DNA of 64,000 bases from Candidatus Krumholzibacteriota bacterium (GCA_016933175.1 JAFGBK010000011.1:1254-65253); one strand, 5' to 3'; positions 1-8,962 are shown, numbered from the stretch's first letter. The notes: generated from the sequence alone by a model not told the origin. Numbers and translations: made by a program.

Positions 1-894
1 CGCGGCGTAGTCCACGCCCCAGTGGGGGCGGTGCACGCCGAGGACGGGGTGCAGGCGGTCGCGGCTGAAGCCGGAGCTGACCCGCGTGAAGCGGAGGGGC
101 GCGCGCAGGAACTGGCGGGCCAGGGAGCCGCCGTCGGCATGGAAGTAGCGGTTGCCGCCCGTGGAGTCGGGGAAGAGGTAGGCCGTGTTCCCCTCGCCGT
201 CCAGGACGAGGCGGGCGGCCAGGACGCGGTCGTGCCGGGCGCCGCGGTCGGGACGGTGGGCCGTCTCGACGAGCAGTTCCATGCGGTCGCCGCGGCGCAG
301 GTCGAAGAAGAAGTCCACCTCGCCGGCGAAGAGGTCGGCCACGCGCACGGCCAGGTCGCCGTCCTCTCCCTGGGCCGTGAAGGACTCGACGAAGGACCGC
401 TCCAGCTCCGCCGTCAGGACGCGCGGCCGCCAGTCCAGGTCGGCCGTGAGGACGGCGGCCCGCCACCCCGTCGCGCCCCGCCAGGCGCAGAGGTCCCGCG
501 TGAAGTCGAGGGGGCACTGCAGCCCGACGACCGCGCCGCCGGCGTCGCGCAGGCAGACGATGGCCTGGCCGGCCCGGAAGCTGCCCAGATCATGGGCCGC
601 GGCCACGGCCCGCGCGATGTTTCGCCGCTCCTCGCCGGGCAGGTCCAGGCGGCGCAGCAGGGCGTCCAGGGTGTCGCCGGAACGGAAGCGCAGGGTGTCG
701 GCGGGCGGCGGAGGCGCGAAGCGGTCGGACCAGTCGGAAGCGGCCAGGACGGCGACCTCGCCGGGCTGGCCGTGCGGATCGGCCGGCGCCTGGCGCCACG
801 CGTCGCGGCAGCCGGCGGCGAGGAGAGCCGGCGCGACGAGGAGGACCGCCGCCGCGAGGCGCGCCGGTGGCCGACCGCCGGCCGCCCGCGCCAT
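1..894 (-). CDS. LysM-domain M23 (LytM-type) metallopeptidase lipoprotein, C-terminus runs off window start (partial)
   Basis: My own minus-strand translation from ATG at 892-894: MARAAGGRPPARLAAAVLLVAPALLAAGC (lipobox), LysM-like TLRFRSGDTLDALLRRLDLPGEE, then M23 signature FTRVSSGFSRDRLHPVLGVHRPHWGVDYAA at window edge. Not in ORF track because it has no stop inside the window. Confidence 0.8.
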   Translation of the reverse strand, partial: MARAAGGRPPARLAAAVLLVAPALLAAGCRDAWRQAPADPHGQPGEVAVLAASDWSDRFAPPPPADTLRFRSGDTLDALLRRLDLPGEERRNIARAVAAAHDLGSFRAGQAIVCLRDAGGAVVGLQCPLDFTRDLCAWRGATGWRAAVLTADLDWRPRVLTAELERSFVESFTAQGEDGDLAVRVADLFAGEVDFFFDLRRGDRMELLVETAHRPDRGARHDRVLAARLVLDGEGNTAYLFPDSTGGNRYFHADGGSLARQFLRAPLRFTRVSSGFSRDRLHPVLGVHRPHWGVDYAA

Positions 895-896
895 CC

Positions 897-2132
897 CTAG
901 TCCACCTCGATGAGGAAGATGGTCGTGGCGTCCCCGTCACGGTTCCACTGCACGCCGCCGGACAGGCGCATGGGCACGCGACCGGGAATGACGGCGCTCA
1001 GGCCGCAGCCGTAGTCGGCGGCGTCCGTGAAAGAACCGCTGCGGTCCAGGCGCAGGCGCGCGCCCTCCACCAGCAGGTAGGGGCCGAAGATCACGTCCTC
1101 GGCGTCGGTGAAGCGGTTCATGCGCACGGGCAGGGCGAACAGGGGCAGGTCGGCGCGCAGGCGCAAGAAGTGGAACTCGCGCGCCGGCAGATCGCCGGCG
1201 GGATAGCCGCGCAGGTAGCGCCAGGAGTCGATGAAGAAGATGTCCTTGACGGGATTCCAGTTGTTGGCGAAGCCGCTGGCGGCCAGCGCGCGCAGGATCC
1301 ACTTGCCCTGCCGGCGGCGGGCGTCCAGCTGCGCCGCGCCCAGGGCGTAGTCGCGCGTGGCCTCGGGCGCGCGCAGCTCGGTCCAGGCGCTCAGGACCCA
1401 GTCGGGCGAGCCCAGGGGCTGGCGCAGGGTGGCGCGGTAGAGGGGCTGCGCGTCCTCGCCCAAGGGGTCCAGGCCCCGCGGCGGCGTCGTCTGCACGCTC
1501 TCCCAGCCGCCGAGGAACCGCACGCGGCCCGCCGAGGGCAGGCGCCAGGAGAGGCCGCCCAGGTGCCAGATCTTGCGGGTCTCGGCGTCCAGGAACGCGT
1601 TGTCCCAGTCCCAGACCGCGAACTCGTAGTTGAGGCCCGGCAGCCAGGGGCTCGCCGCCAGTCGCAGGTCGTGCAGCGCCAGGCGCGCCTCGGTGCGCGC
1701 GCCCACCATCAGCGTGCCGCGCCAGATCTCGTCGCGGCCGAGCAGGGCCTCGCTCTCGATGTCGAAGCCCGCCGCCAGCTCGCCGTCCTCGATGACGCGG
1801 AAGACCGGATAGAATCGCACGCGGCTCGCCTCGCGCACGCGCAGGCTCAGGTGGACGCCCGTGGCGCCCTCCTGGATCTGCGCGCGCAGGGCGCGCAGGT
1901 AGGGCAGGTGGCGGGCGCGGCGCTCCAGCTCGCTGTCCAGGCCCGTGTGGAAGGTGTCGCCCTCGTGCACGTGGAGGTCCTCGAGGAGGCGCTCGCGCTC
2001 CACGTGCTGCAGGCCGCGGATGATGATGGTGGCGATGCGCGTCTGCGCCGCCGCACCGCCAATCGGCCACAGGAGCAGGGCCGCGAAGAGGAGGGGCACG
2101 AGGGATGCGCGGCGTCCGGCGAGGCGTCGCAT
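897..2132 (-). CDS. Omp85/BamA-family outer membrane protein, single POTRA domain + beta-barrel
   Basis: Signal peptide MRRLAGRRASLVPLLFAALLLWPIGGAAAQ; POTRA-like IIIRGLQHVERERLLEDLHVHEGDTF; C-terminal alternating barrel strands. Sits 2 nt upstream of the M23 peptidase gene on the same strand. Confidence 0.6.
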   Translation of the reverse strand: MRRLAGRRASLVPLLFAALLLWPIGGAAAQTRIATIIIRGLQHVERERLLEDLHVHEGDTFHTGLDSELERRARHLPYLRALRAQIQEGATGVHLSLRVREASRVRFYPVFRVIEDGELAAGFDIESEALLGRDEIWRGTLMVGARTEARLALHDLRLAASPWLPGLNYEFAVWDWDNAFLDAETRKIWHLGGLSWRLPSAGRVRFLGGWESVQTTPPRGLDPLGEDAQPLYRATLRQPLGSPDWVLSAWTELRAPEATRDYALGAAQLDARRRQGKWILRALAASGFANNWNPVKDIFFIDSWRYLRGYPAGDLPAREFHFLRLRADLPLFALPVRMNRFTDAEDVIFGPYLLVEGARLRLDRSGSFTDAADYGCGLSAVIPGRVPMRLSGGVQWNRDGDATTIFLIEVD

Positions 2133-2271
2133 GAGAACTCCTTGGGCTGGCGGGGCGGGAAATCGCAGCCTGGTGCGGCTGAAAGTAAGCGCACCGCCGC
2201 GCGCCGGTCAACGGGATTCCCCGGCTTGGCCGCGCCACTGGCCTCTGCTAGGATGCGGGCGAGGAGGAAAC

Positions 2272-3465
2272 ATGAAGCCCTACTGGCAGGATCCCCCCGT
2301 CCTCGAGGGCGAGGCTGCGGTGCTCGAAACGCGTCGCGACGACCGCGGCGTCTGGGCGCGCCTGGACGAGAGCCTCTTCTACCCCGAGTCGGGCGGGCAG
2401 CCCGCCGACGCCGGCTGGCTGGGCGCGCGGCGCGTGCTGGACGTGCAGGAGATCGGCGGCGCCGTCTGGCAACTGCTGGACGGCGAGCCGGCGGCGGGCC
2501 GCCTCGCGCAGCGCGTGGACGCGGCGCGGCGGCGCGACCACGCCGAGCAGCACAGCGGCCAGCACCTGCTCAGTGCCGCCTGCGTGGAGCGGCTGGACGC
2601 GGCCACGGTGGCCTTCCACATGGGGGAGGCCGTCTCCACCATCGAGCTGGACACGGCCGAGCTGGACGACGCGGACCTGGCCCGCGTGGAGGAGCGCGTC
2701 GCCGAGATCATCCGCGAGGACCGCCCCATCGAAGCCCTGTACCCCACGCCTGCGGAGGCTGCCGCCCTGCCCCTGCGCAAGGAGACGGGCGTGACCGAGA
2801 ACCTGCGCGTCGTGCGCATCGAGGGTTACGACTGGTCGGCCTGCGGCGGCACTCACCTGCGCCGCACCGGCGAGATCGGCGTCCTGTTCACCGGGCGCAA
2901 GGAGCGCATCCGCGGGCGCTGGCGTGTGGAATTCGTGGCCGGCAGCCGCGCGCGACGGGCGGCCGCCCAGGCCCTGCGCCGCCAGCGCGACCTGGCGCGC
3001 GCCCTGGGCTGCGCCGCCGGGGAGCTGGAGGAGCGCGTGGCAGCCCTGGCCGGCGAGATCGAGACGCTGCGCCGCGCGGCCCGCCGCCTGCGGGCCCTGG
3101 AGCTGGACGCCGAGGCGGCGACCCTGGCCGCCGACGCGGCCTGGAAGGACGCGGGCGGCTGGCGCCTCCTGGCGCGCGACTTCGGCGAGCGGCCGGCCGC
3201 GGAGCTGGGCGAGCTGGCGCGGCGCCTCTGCGAGGAGCCCAACCGCTGCCTGCTGGCCGCCTGCCGGGAAGGGGCGCAGGGGCGCCTGCTCTTCCAGCGC
3301 AGCCGCGGCGAGGGACCGCATCTGGGCGCACTGCTGAAGGGACTGCTGGCGGGCGCCGGCGGGCGGGGCGGCGGCGGGCCCGACCGGGCCCAGGGCGGCG
3401 TCGAGGATCCCGCCGCGGCGGCGCGCATCCTTGCGGATGCGGCGCGGCGGCTAGGCGAGAGATGA
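2272..3465 (+). CDS. AlaX-type alanyl-tRNA editing protein (AlaRS editing domain homolog)
   Basis: Start MKPYWQ preceded by GAGGAGG RBS; motifs HSGQHLL and CGGTH (zinc-binding editing site of the AlaRS/ThrRS second additional domain). Confidence 0.75.
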   Translation: MKPYWQDPPVLEGEAAVLETRRDDRGVWARLDESLFYPESGGQPADAGWLGARRVLDVQEIGGAVWQLLDGEPAAGRLAQRVDAARRRDHAEQHSGQHLLSAACVERLDAATVAFHMGEAVSTIELDTAELDDADLARVEERVAEIIREDRPIEALYPTPAEAAALPLRKETGVTENLRVVRIEGYDWSACGGTHLRRTGEIGVLFTGRKERIRGRWRVEFVAGSRARRAAAQALRRQRDLARALGCAAGELEERVAALAGEIETLRRAARRLRALELDAEAATLAADAAWKDAGGWRLLARDFGERPAAELGELARRLCEEPNRCLLAACREGAQGRLLFQRSRGEGPHLGALLKGLLAGAGGRGGGGPDRAQGGVEDPAAAARILADAARRLGER

Positions 3466-3501
3466 AGGAAGCCGGCGGGCTGTCGACGCCGCGCCGATCG
3501 C

Positions 3502-3550
3502 AAAAAAAAAGCGGGAAAGCAGCCCCAAGCGATCGAAGGCCACTTTCCCG
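3502..3550 (-). terminator. Hairpin (CGGGAAAG...CTTTCCCG) followed by U9 on the minus-strand transcript; candidate intrinsic terminator
   Basis: A9 tract 3502-3510 on plus strand (U9 on minus), flanked by inverted repeat 3512-3519/3543-3550. Lies about 250 nt downstream of the minus-strand gene ending at 3776. Confidence 0.4.
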
Positions 3551-3775
3551 GATTACCCCTGCTGCTCCTGCCTAATCAAGTCCGATGCCAGAATCCCGGA
3601 TCCCTACCTGAATTTGCAAGTAATTTACTTTCAATAAGTTTAGCCATTCAGTTAAGGTCGCATCTACCCGACTCGGGATCTCTTCGCGCCGGAGGCGTCC
3701 CCTGCGGGCAACAGGCCGTCCACCAAACGCTGCACCGCGCCGGCCAGGGACGCCGCCCGGTACCGCCCGGGCGCG

Positions 3776-5065
3776 TCAGGGCAGCCGGTAGCAGAGGATC
3801 GCCAGAGGCTTCAGCTCCGTGTCCTCCTCGTCGTCGTCCGCCGCGTTGCCCATGCGCATGATCATGGTCTGGTTGCCGCTGGTGCGTGTCAGGGGCGGCA
3901 TGGCGAGGCCCTCCTTGACGATGAAGAGCCGGTCGCCGTCGATGAGCCAGCGGTCGCGATCGGGGTCGTAGTCGGCCGCGATGCTCAGGTTGCGCTCGTA
4001 GCGGCCCCGGGCGTCGTAGACCTCGAAGACGCCCAGCGTGCCGGGCTCCCGGTTGCGGATGCCGCGGCTGCTCAGGACCCAGAAGCCGCCGCCGGGGCGG
4101 GCCACCACGCTCTCGATGTTTCGCTCCGCCTCGGGGATCTCCGGGTCGACGCCCGACATGCCGCCCGCGAACTGCTCGCGCAGCTCGTCCATCTCCTCGC
4201 GGCTGCGCCGCACGGGCTCGTAGTCCCGCTCGATGATCCGGCGCCGCGCTCCGTCGGGGCCGATGTCGAGGATGCGGTACCGGCTCCAGAAGGGCGCCAC
4301 CAGGACGCCGCCGTCGGCCAGGGGCGTCCAGCGGCGGACGAAGTCCTCCTCGCCGCTGCCGACGCGCAGGGCGGGGCCGCCGGTCATCGCCTGCTCCTCG
4401 CGGACCGAGTAGAGCGTGGCGAGCTGCGTGCCCTCGCCGTCCAGGGCCACCAGGCTGCGATCGAGGATCATCTTCCCCGGCTCGAAGCGTGGATTCATCA
4501 GGGTCGCGAGCACATGGCCGCCAGCGCCGCGGGCCTCCATGACCCGGCTCGTGCCGCCCTCGCTGCCGCCGGGCAGGCGGTAGTCCGAGTGGCCCTCACC
4601 CTCGCGGTCCAGCACCGCCACGCGCGTGGGCATGGGCTGGTGGACGCCCAGGCGGCCGTCCGGCAGCAGGAAGACGCCCATGGGCATGGCGAACTCGCCG
4701 GGCCCCTCGCCCTCGTGGCCGATGGTCCGCAGCACATCGCCCGTGGGCGAGACGACGTGGATCTCGTTGAGCTGGCTGTCCAGGACGTAGGCGTTGCCGG
4801 CCTCGTCCACGGCGATCGCCAGGACGAGGCCGAGGACGGGGCCGGTCTCGTCGTCGCCGCCGAGCCGCCAGAGGCGTTCCGGCTCGAACCGGCGCGGCGC
4901 TTCCATGGGCTCTGCGGGATTCGCGATCAGGGGCACGCCGTCCTCACGGCGTTCCTCGCCGCGCCAGGCGTCCGCCTGGAGGGCGGGGGCGGCCAGGACC
5001 AGGATCGCCAGGACCGGCAGCAGGACGCGCCATGCCGGTCGCACGCAATGACAGGGGTTCATCAT
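3776..5065 (-). CDS. Secreted 6-bladed beta-propeller (NHL/TolB-like repeat) protein
   Basis: Signal peptide MMNPCHCVRPAWRVLLPVLAILVLAAPALQA; repeated beta-propeller-like blades (GNAYVLDSQLNEIHVV, GVFLLPDGRLGV, GFWVLSSRG). Confidence 0.6.
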   Translation of the reverse strand: MMNPCHCVRPAWRVLLPVLAILVLAAPALQADAWRGEERREDGVPLIANPAEPMEAPRRFEPERLWRLGGDDETGPVLGLVLAIAVDEAGNAYVLDSQLNEIHVVSPTGDVLRTIGHEGEGPGEFAMPMGVFLLPDGRLGVHQPMPTRVAVLDREGEGHSDYRLPGGSEGGTSRVMEARGAGGHVLATLMNPRFEPGKMILDRSLVALDGEGTQLATLYSVREEQAMTGGPALRVGSGEEDFVRRWTPLADGGVLVAPFWSRYRILDIGPDGARRRIIERDYEPVRRSREEMDELREQFAGGMSGVDPEIPEAERNIESVVARPGGGFWVLSSRGIRNREPGTLGVFEVYDARGRYERNLSIAADYDPDRDRWLIDGDRLFIVKEGLAMPPLTRTSGNQTMIMRMGNAADDDEEDTELKPLAILCYRLP

Positions 5066-5236
5066 GCCTCCCTGGGCTTGGATGGGGGAACCGGTGTTGG
5101 TGACGCGGCGCGGAACGCGGAATCCTACACCGCCGCCTCCGGTTTTCGCCCGGCCTCTCGCGCGGGCGCCCGCGGCCGGGAGCCCGGCCCTCGAGGATCC
5201 GGCGCCGCTCCGGTCGGGAGGCCCGCGACGTCCGGA

Positions 5237-6145
5237 TCAGGGCCGCCGCCATTCCTGGATCACCCAGCCCTCGTCCTCGTCCTGGCCGACCGGTCGCCAG
5301 CCGCGCGCTCCGGCGGCCTCGGCCACGCGTCCGGCCTGCGTGGCCAGCAGTCCGGAGAAGATGGTCGTGCCCCCCGGACGCAGGGCGGCGTCCAGGCGCG
5401 GCAGCAGGCGCAGGATGGGCCCCAGGAAGAGATTGGCCAGGACCAGGTCCCAGGCGGCGGGCGCCAGGTCGCGCGGCTCGCCCCAGCGGAAGCGCAGCTC
5501 CCCGGCGAGGCCGTTGAGGTCCGCGTTGAGGTAGGCGTTGACGATGCTGGCGGCGTCCAGATCCCAGCCCTCCACGCGGGCGCCGCCCCAGCGGCGGGCA
5601 GCCAGGGAGAGGATCCCCGTGCCGCTGCCCACGTCCAGGCAGTCGAAGGGGCCGCCGCGCCGCCGGGTCCAGGCCGCCAGGCGCCGCAGGCAGCCCCGCG
5701 TGGTGGGATGCTCGCCGCCGCCGAAGACCTGGGCGGGCTCGATGACCAGCGCCAGCGCCGCTCCGGCCCCGGGTGCCGGACGCCGGCGCCGCAGGGCCGG
5801 CGCGGCGGGATCCCAGGGCGGCAGGACTTCCACCTCGGGCAGCAGGCGGCGACGGGCGAAGCGGCGGCGGAAGCCCTCGCTCCAGTCGCGCTCGGGAACG
5901 GGCGCGTCCTCCCAGCGCAGGGCGGCCGCGGGCAGCCCCAGATCCTCGGCCTCGGCCAGCCAGGCGGCCAGGTCCTCGGGCCGGGGCAGGTCCGCGGCGT
6001 TCTCGGCGAAGATCTCCAGCCGCACCACGGGCTCGCCCGGCCGCCGCTCGGCGGCCAGGCGCACATGGCCGGCCGCCACGAGACGATCCTCCAGGAAGGC
6101 CAGGAGCGGCGCGGGCAGTTCCAGCCTCCGGCGCAGCCAGCTCAC
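5237..6145 (-). CDS. prmA: Ribosomal protein L11 methyltransferase
   Basis: PrmA motif FGGGEHPTTRGCL and SAM-binding DVGSGTGILSLAA. Confidence 0.85.
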   Translation of the reverse strand: MSWLRRRLELPAPLLAFLEDRLVAAGHVRLAAERRPGEPVVRLEIFAENAADLPRPEDLAAWLAEAEDLGLPAAALRWEDAPVPERDWSEGFRRRFARRRLLPEVEVLPPWDPAAPALRRRRPAPGAGAALALVIEPAQVFGGGEHPTTRGCLRRLAAWTRRRGGPFDCLDVGSGTGILSLAARRWGGARVEGWDLDAASIVNAYLNADLNGLAGELRFRWGEPRDLAPAAWDLVLANLFLGPILRLLPRLDAALRPGGTTIFSGLLATQAGRVAEAAGARGWRPVGQDEDEGWVIQEWRRP

Positions 6146-6146
6146 G

Positions 6147-8741
6147 TCAGTGGACGGTGAGGAAGGGTTCGGTCAGCCCCGGCTCCCAGTAGAGGAACTG
6201 CTCGCCGGGGAAGGGCGTCAGGCGGGCGAGCCAGTCGGCCGGCGACTCGCCGGGCCGGGGCAGGACGCTCGGAGCCGGAGGCGCCGGCGTCTCGGCTTCG
6301 CGCAGCCGGCCCGGCAGGCGCCGGCGCAGCCGCTCGACCAGGCCCGATCGGGGCGGGGGCGGGAAGGCTTCCAGGTTGAGCGGACCGTTCCTCCCGAGGC
6401 CGGCCTCCTCGCGCGCCAGATCCAGGGCCCGCCCCAGGCCGCCGACCTCGTCGGCCAGGCCTGCCGTCACGGCCGCCTGGCCGTCCAGGATGCTGCCGCG
6501 ACCGTAGAGAGCGTCGAGCTCGACGTCGGCGATGTAGCGGCTGTGCGAAACCTGCTCCATGAGCAGCCAGTAGCGGCGGCTCATCTCCTGGCGCAGCAGC
6601 TCCCGCTCCTCGCCGCTGAAGGGCGAATGGGGGCCGCGCAGGCCCGCATGGGAGCCGAGGGTGGTGGTGGCGACGTCCAGGCCGAAGCGGCCGTAGAGGT
6701 CGCGGCCCAGGAACTTCCCGCCCAGGACGGACAGCCCGCCCACCCGCGAGCCGGGGCTGGCGAAGAGCCGCTGGCCGGGCAGGGCGGCCAGGTAGGCACC
6801 GCCCGCCGCGGCATTGCCCAGGGAGACGACCACCGGCTTGCGGTCTTGGGTCAGCTCCACCTCGCGGCGGATGGCCTCGCTGGCCAGGGCGCCGCCGCCG
6901 CCGCTGTCCACCCGCAGGAGGATGGCCGCCACGCTGCGGTCGCGGCGGGCCGCGCGGAGGGCCGCCGCCGCGTCCTCCGTGCCCGTGCGCGGCCCCAGGA
7001 ACCCGTATCCGCCGTGGCCGAGAACCAGATCGCCCACCAGCGTGACCAGGGCGATGCGCGGCGCCGCGCCCCAGTGCCGCTTGCTCTCGGTGCGCGCGGC
7101 GAAGTCGGCGGCCGCGAGGACGCGGTCGGTTCCCCCGGCTCCGGCCAGGATGCCCGGCATCTCGTCCAGGCGGCGCTGCTGGTCCACGAGGCCCTTCTCG
7201 ATGGCTAGGTCGGGCAGGAAGCGGCCCTGCTGCAGGTGGCGCTCGGCGCGGTGCCGCTCGATACCGCGGGCGTCGGCCACGGCGTCGCGCAGCTGGCGGA
7301 AACGCCCGGCCACCGCGAGGCTGTCGGCGGCGCGCTGGGTGAAGTCGGGCTCGGTGCGGGTCAGCGTGGCCAGGGCCGCGCTCCGGTCGCCGTACTGAAG
7401 GAAGCGTGGCTCCAGACCCAGCGAATCGAGGGCGCCGCCGAGGAAGACCCGCTCGCGGCGCAGCCCGGTGAGCCAGAGTTCGCCGGTGGTGTCGACGACC
7501 AGGTGGTCGGCCGCCGTGGCCAGGGCGTAGCTCTCCAGGGCGTAGCTGCTGGAATAGGCGACCACGGGCCGTCCCGTTGCCCGGCGGTAGTCGAGCAGGG
7601 CCTCGCGCAGCTCGTCCGCCTGGGCGTCGCCCAGGCGCGGATCCTCCAGGCGCAGGTAGATGCCGGCCACGTCCCCCGCGCGCCGCGCGCGCAGGATGAG
7701 GGCGATCAACTCGGTCTGGGACGGCGGCCGCTCGCCGAGGCGGCCGGGCCCGGCCTTCTCGGGCACGCGGCCCGCGATGCGCAGCTCGAGGAAGCGCTGG
7801 CGGGGCCACAGCGGCGGGCCGAAGTCGCGGCTCCGCCACTCGACACCAGCGCCGCCATAGCTGGTGCCGCGGCTGGCGGTCATCTGGTTGCTCAGGCCGC
7901 CCAGGCCGCGCCAGCGGCCGCGGCTGGCGAAGAGCCCCACGGAGATCCGGCCCTCGTCGTCGCGATCCAGGCGCAGGTCCAGCCGACCCCGCAGGCTCAG
8001 GTCGAGCCCGACATGGGGGTGGGCTTCCCACCGCCGGTCCACCTCCACCTGGTGGATGTCCAGGGAAACCGTCGCCCACTCGAGGCGAGGGCGCACGGCC
8101 AGGGAGTAGACATAGTCGGGGGCCAGCTCACCGCCGGAGCCCGGCCGGGTGGCGCGCTGGAGGGGGCGGTTGAGGTTCCGGCCGCTGAAGCCCAGGGAGA
8201 ACCAGCGGCGCCAGCGGTAGAGCAGGCCGAGGTCCCAGCCGCCCATCTTGGTCAGGGCGTAGGCGTCGCTGCGGGTCCAGCGATAGGCCGCGCCCAGAGC
8301 CACCTCGCTGTCCAGGCGCGGGAAGTAGAGCCGGTGGCCCAGGCCGAGGTTGAAGCGCCAGTAGCCGCGCCAGATGGCCCGCTGGTCGCCGCTGTCCAGG
8401 TCCGTGTCGAAGCCCGCCACGCCCCTGCCGTAGTCGACGCCGAAGGCCAGGGGGCCGCCGACGGCCAGGCTCCAGTTGCCCGTCAGGAGCGAGCCGAACT
8501 CGCCCGCCAGGGCGGGATCGTCGTTGGCGCCGCGCAGGCCCTGCAGGTAGAGGACGCCCCATTCGCCGGGGCGCATGGCCAGTCCCGCCGGATTGTGGTA
8601 GAGGGCATCCAGGCCGTCGTTGCCGGCCACCGAGAAGGGAAGCAGGTAGGGATCGTTGCCGGCGAGGGGATGTTCGTAGAGCTGGGCGGATGCGGGGGCG
8701 GAGAGGAGGAGCAGTGCACCGAGTAGCGGACCCTTCTTCAA
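6147..8741 (-). CDS. Tandem S49 (SppA-type) serine peptidase fused to an N-terminal secreted FadL/PorV-like beta-barrel-like domain
   Basis: Likely TTG start at about 8741 (AAAGGTGGTG RBS) giving MKKGPLLGALLLLSAPASAQ signal. N-terminal domain carries YHNPAGLA (FadL/TodX/PorV-type motif) and amphipathic strand pattern. Two S49 domains (VVAYSSSYALESYALATAADHLV; VVVSLGNAAAGGAYLAALPGQRLFASPGSRVG). Confidence 0.7.
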   Translation of the reverse strand: MKKGPLLGALLLLSAPASAQLYEHPLAGNDPYLLPFSVAGNDGLDALYHNPAGLAMRPGEWGVLYLQGLRGANDDPALAGEFGSLLTGNWSLAVGGPLAFGVDYGRGVAGFDTDLDSGDQRAIWRGYWRFNLGLGHRLYFPRLDSEVALGAAYRWTRSDAYALTKMGGWDLGLLYRWRRWFSLGFSGRNLNRPLQRATRPGSGGELAPDYVYSLAVRPRLEWATVSLDIHQVEVDRRWEAHPHVGLDLSLRGRLDLRLDRDDEGRISVGLFASRGRWRGLGGLSNQMTASRGTSYGGAGVEWRSRDFGPPLWPRQRFLELRIAGRVPEKAGPGRLGERPPSQTELIALILRARRAGDVAGIYLRLEDPRLGDAQADELREALLDYRRATGRPVVAYSSSYALESYALATAADHLVVDTTGELWLTGLRRERVFLGGALDSLGLEPRFLQYGDRSAALATLTRTEPDFTQRAADSLAVAGRFRQLRDAVADARGIERHRAERHLQQGRFLPDLAIEKGLVDQQRRLDEMPGILAGAGGTDRVLAAADFAARTESKRHWGAAPRIALVTLVGDLVLGHGGYGFLGPRTGTEDAAAALRAARRDRSVAAILLRVDSGGGGALASEAIRREVELTQDRKPVVVSLGNAAAGGAYLAALPGQRLFASPGSRVGGLSVLGGKFLGRDLYGRFGLDVATTTLGSHAGLRGPHSPFSGEERELLRQEMSRRYWLLMEQVSHSRYIADVELDALYGRGSILDGQAAVTAGLADEVGGLGRALDLAREEAGLGRNGPLNLEAFPPPPRSGLVERLRRRLPGRLREAETPAPPAPSVLPRPGESPADWLARLTPFPGEQFLYWEPGLTEPFLTVH

Positions 8742-8883
8742 GGCACCACCTTTCGCAGGGGATCGACCGAACGGTTCCGGTCCCGGGGGAATATGGACGT
8801 TCCGGGGAAGCCAAGGCAATGGCTTTTGCAGAGCGGCGGCGACGGAACGGACCGCGGGGGTCGCGATCGCGCTTGACGCGCGG

Positions 8884-8917
8884 CTTTCGATTTGACATTT
8901 TTCGAAACATCGAAACG
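8884..8917. promoter_or_regulatory. Operator-like palindrome/direct repeats (TTTCGA / TTTCGAAA / TCGAAAC x2) with TTGACA boxes in the divergent promoter region upstream of the ArsR-family gene
   Basis: Perfect palindrome TTTCGAAA at about 8900-8907; TCGAAAC repeated at 8902-8908 and 8910-8916; TTGACA at 8892-8897. Confidence 0.35.
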
Positions 8918-8962
8918 TGATTGGCCCGTCCGCGGGCCCCGCTCCAGAACGAGGAGGACGCC

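Noticed and set aside
22-900. 292-aa plus-strand ORF (also 185..913 +, 590..940 -)
   Set aside because: Ala/Gly/Val/Arg-rich, no motifs. It is the GC3-rich antisense frame of a real minus-strand LysM-M23 peptidase gene with clear active-site motifs.
867-3575. 902-aa plus-strand ORF spanning three real genes; also 937..2238 (-) 433 aa
   Set aside because: Arg/Pro/Gly low-complexity translation crossing gene boundaries; the real products (Omp85-like on the minus strand, AlaX on the plus) are in other frames.
3560-3700. tRNA or other structured RNA gene in the AT-rich island
   Set aside because: No T-loop (GTTCRANYC) or acceptor-stem pairing found by eye; retained only as an unclassified sRNA candidate.
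4514-8726. Long ORFs 4514..6160 +, 5538..7208 +, 6142..8079 -, 7236..8726 +, 8738..10384 -
   Set aside because: Antisense or frame-shifted shadows of the beta-propeller, prmA, the SppA-like and arsR/nudix genes; compositionally biased (A/G/R/P), no domains.
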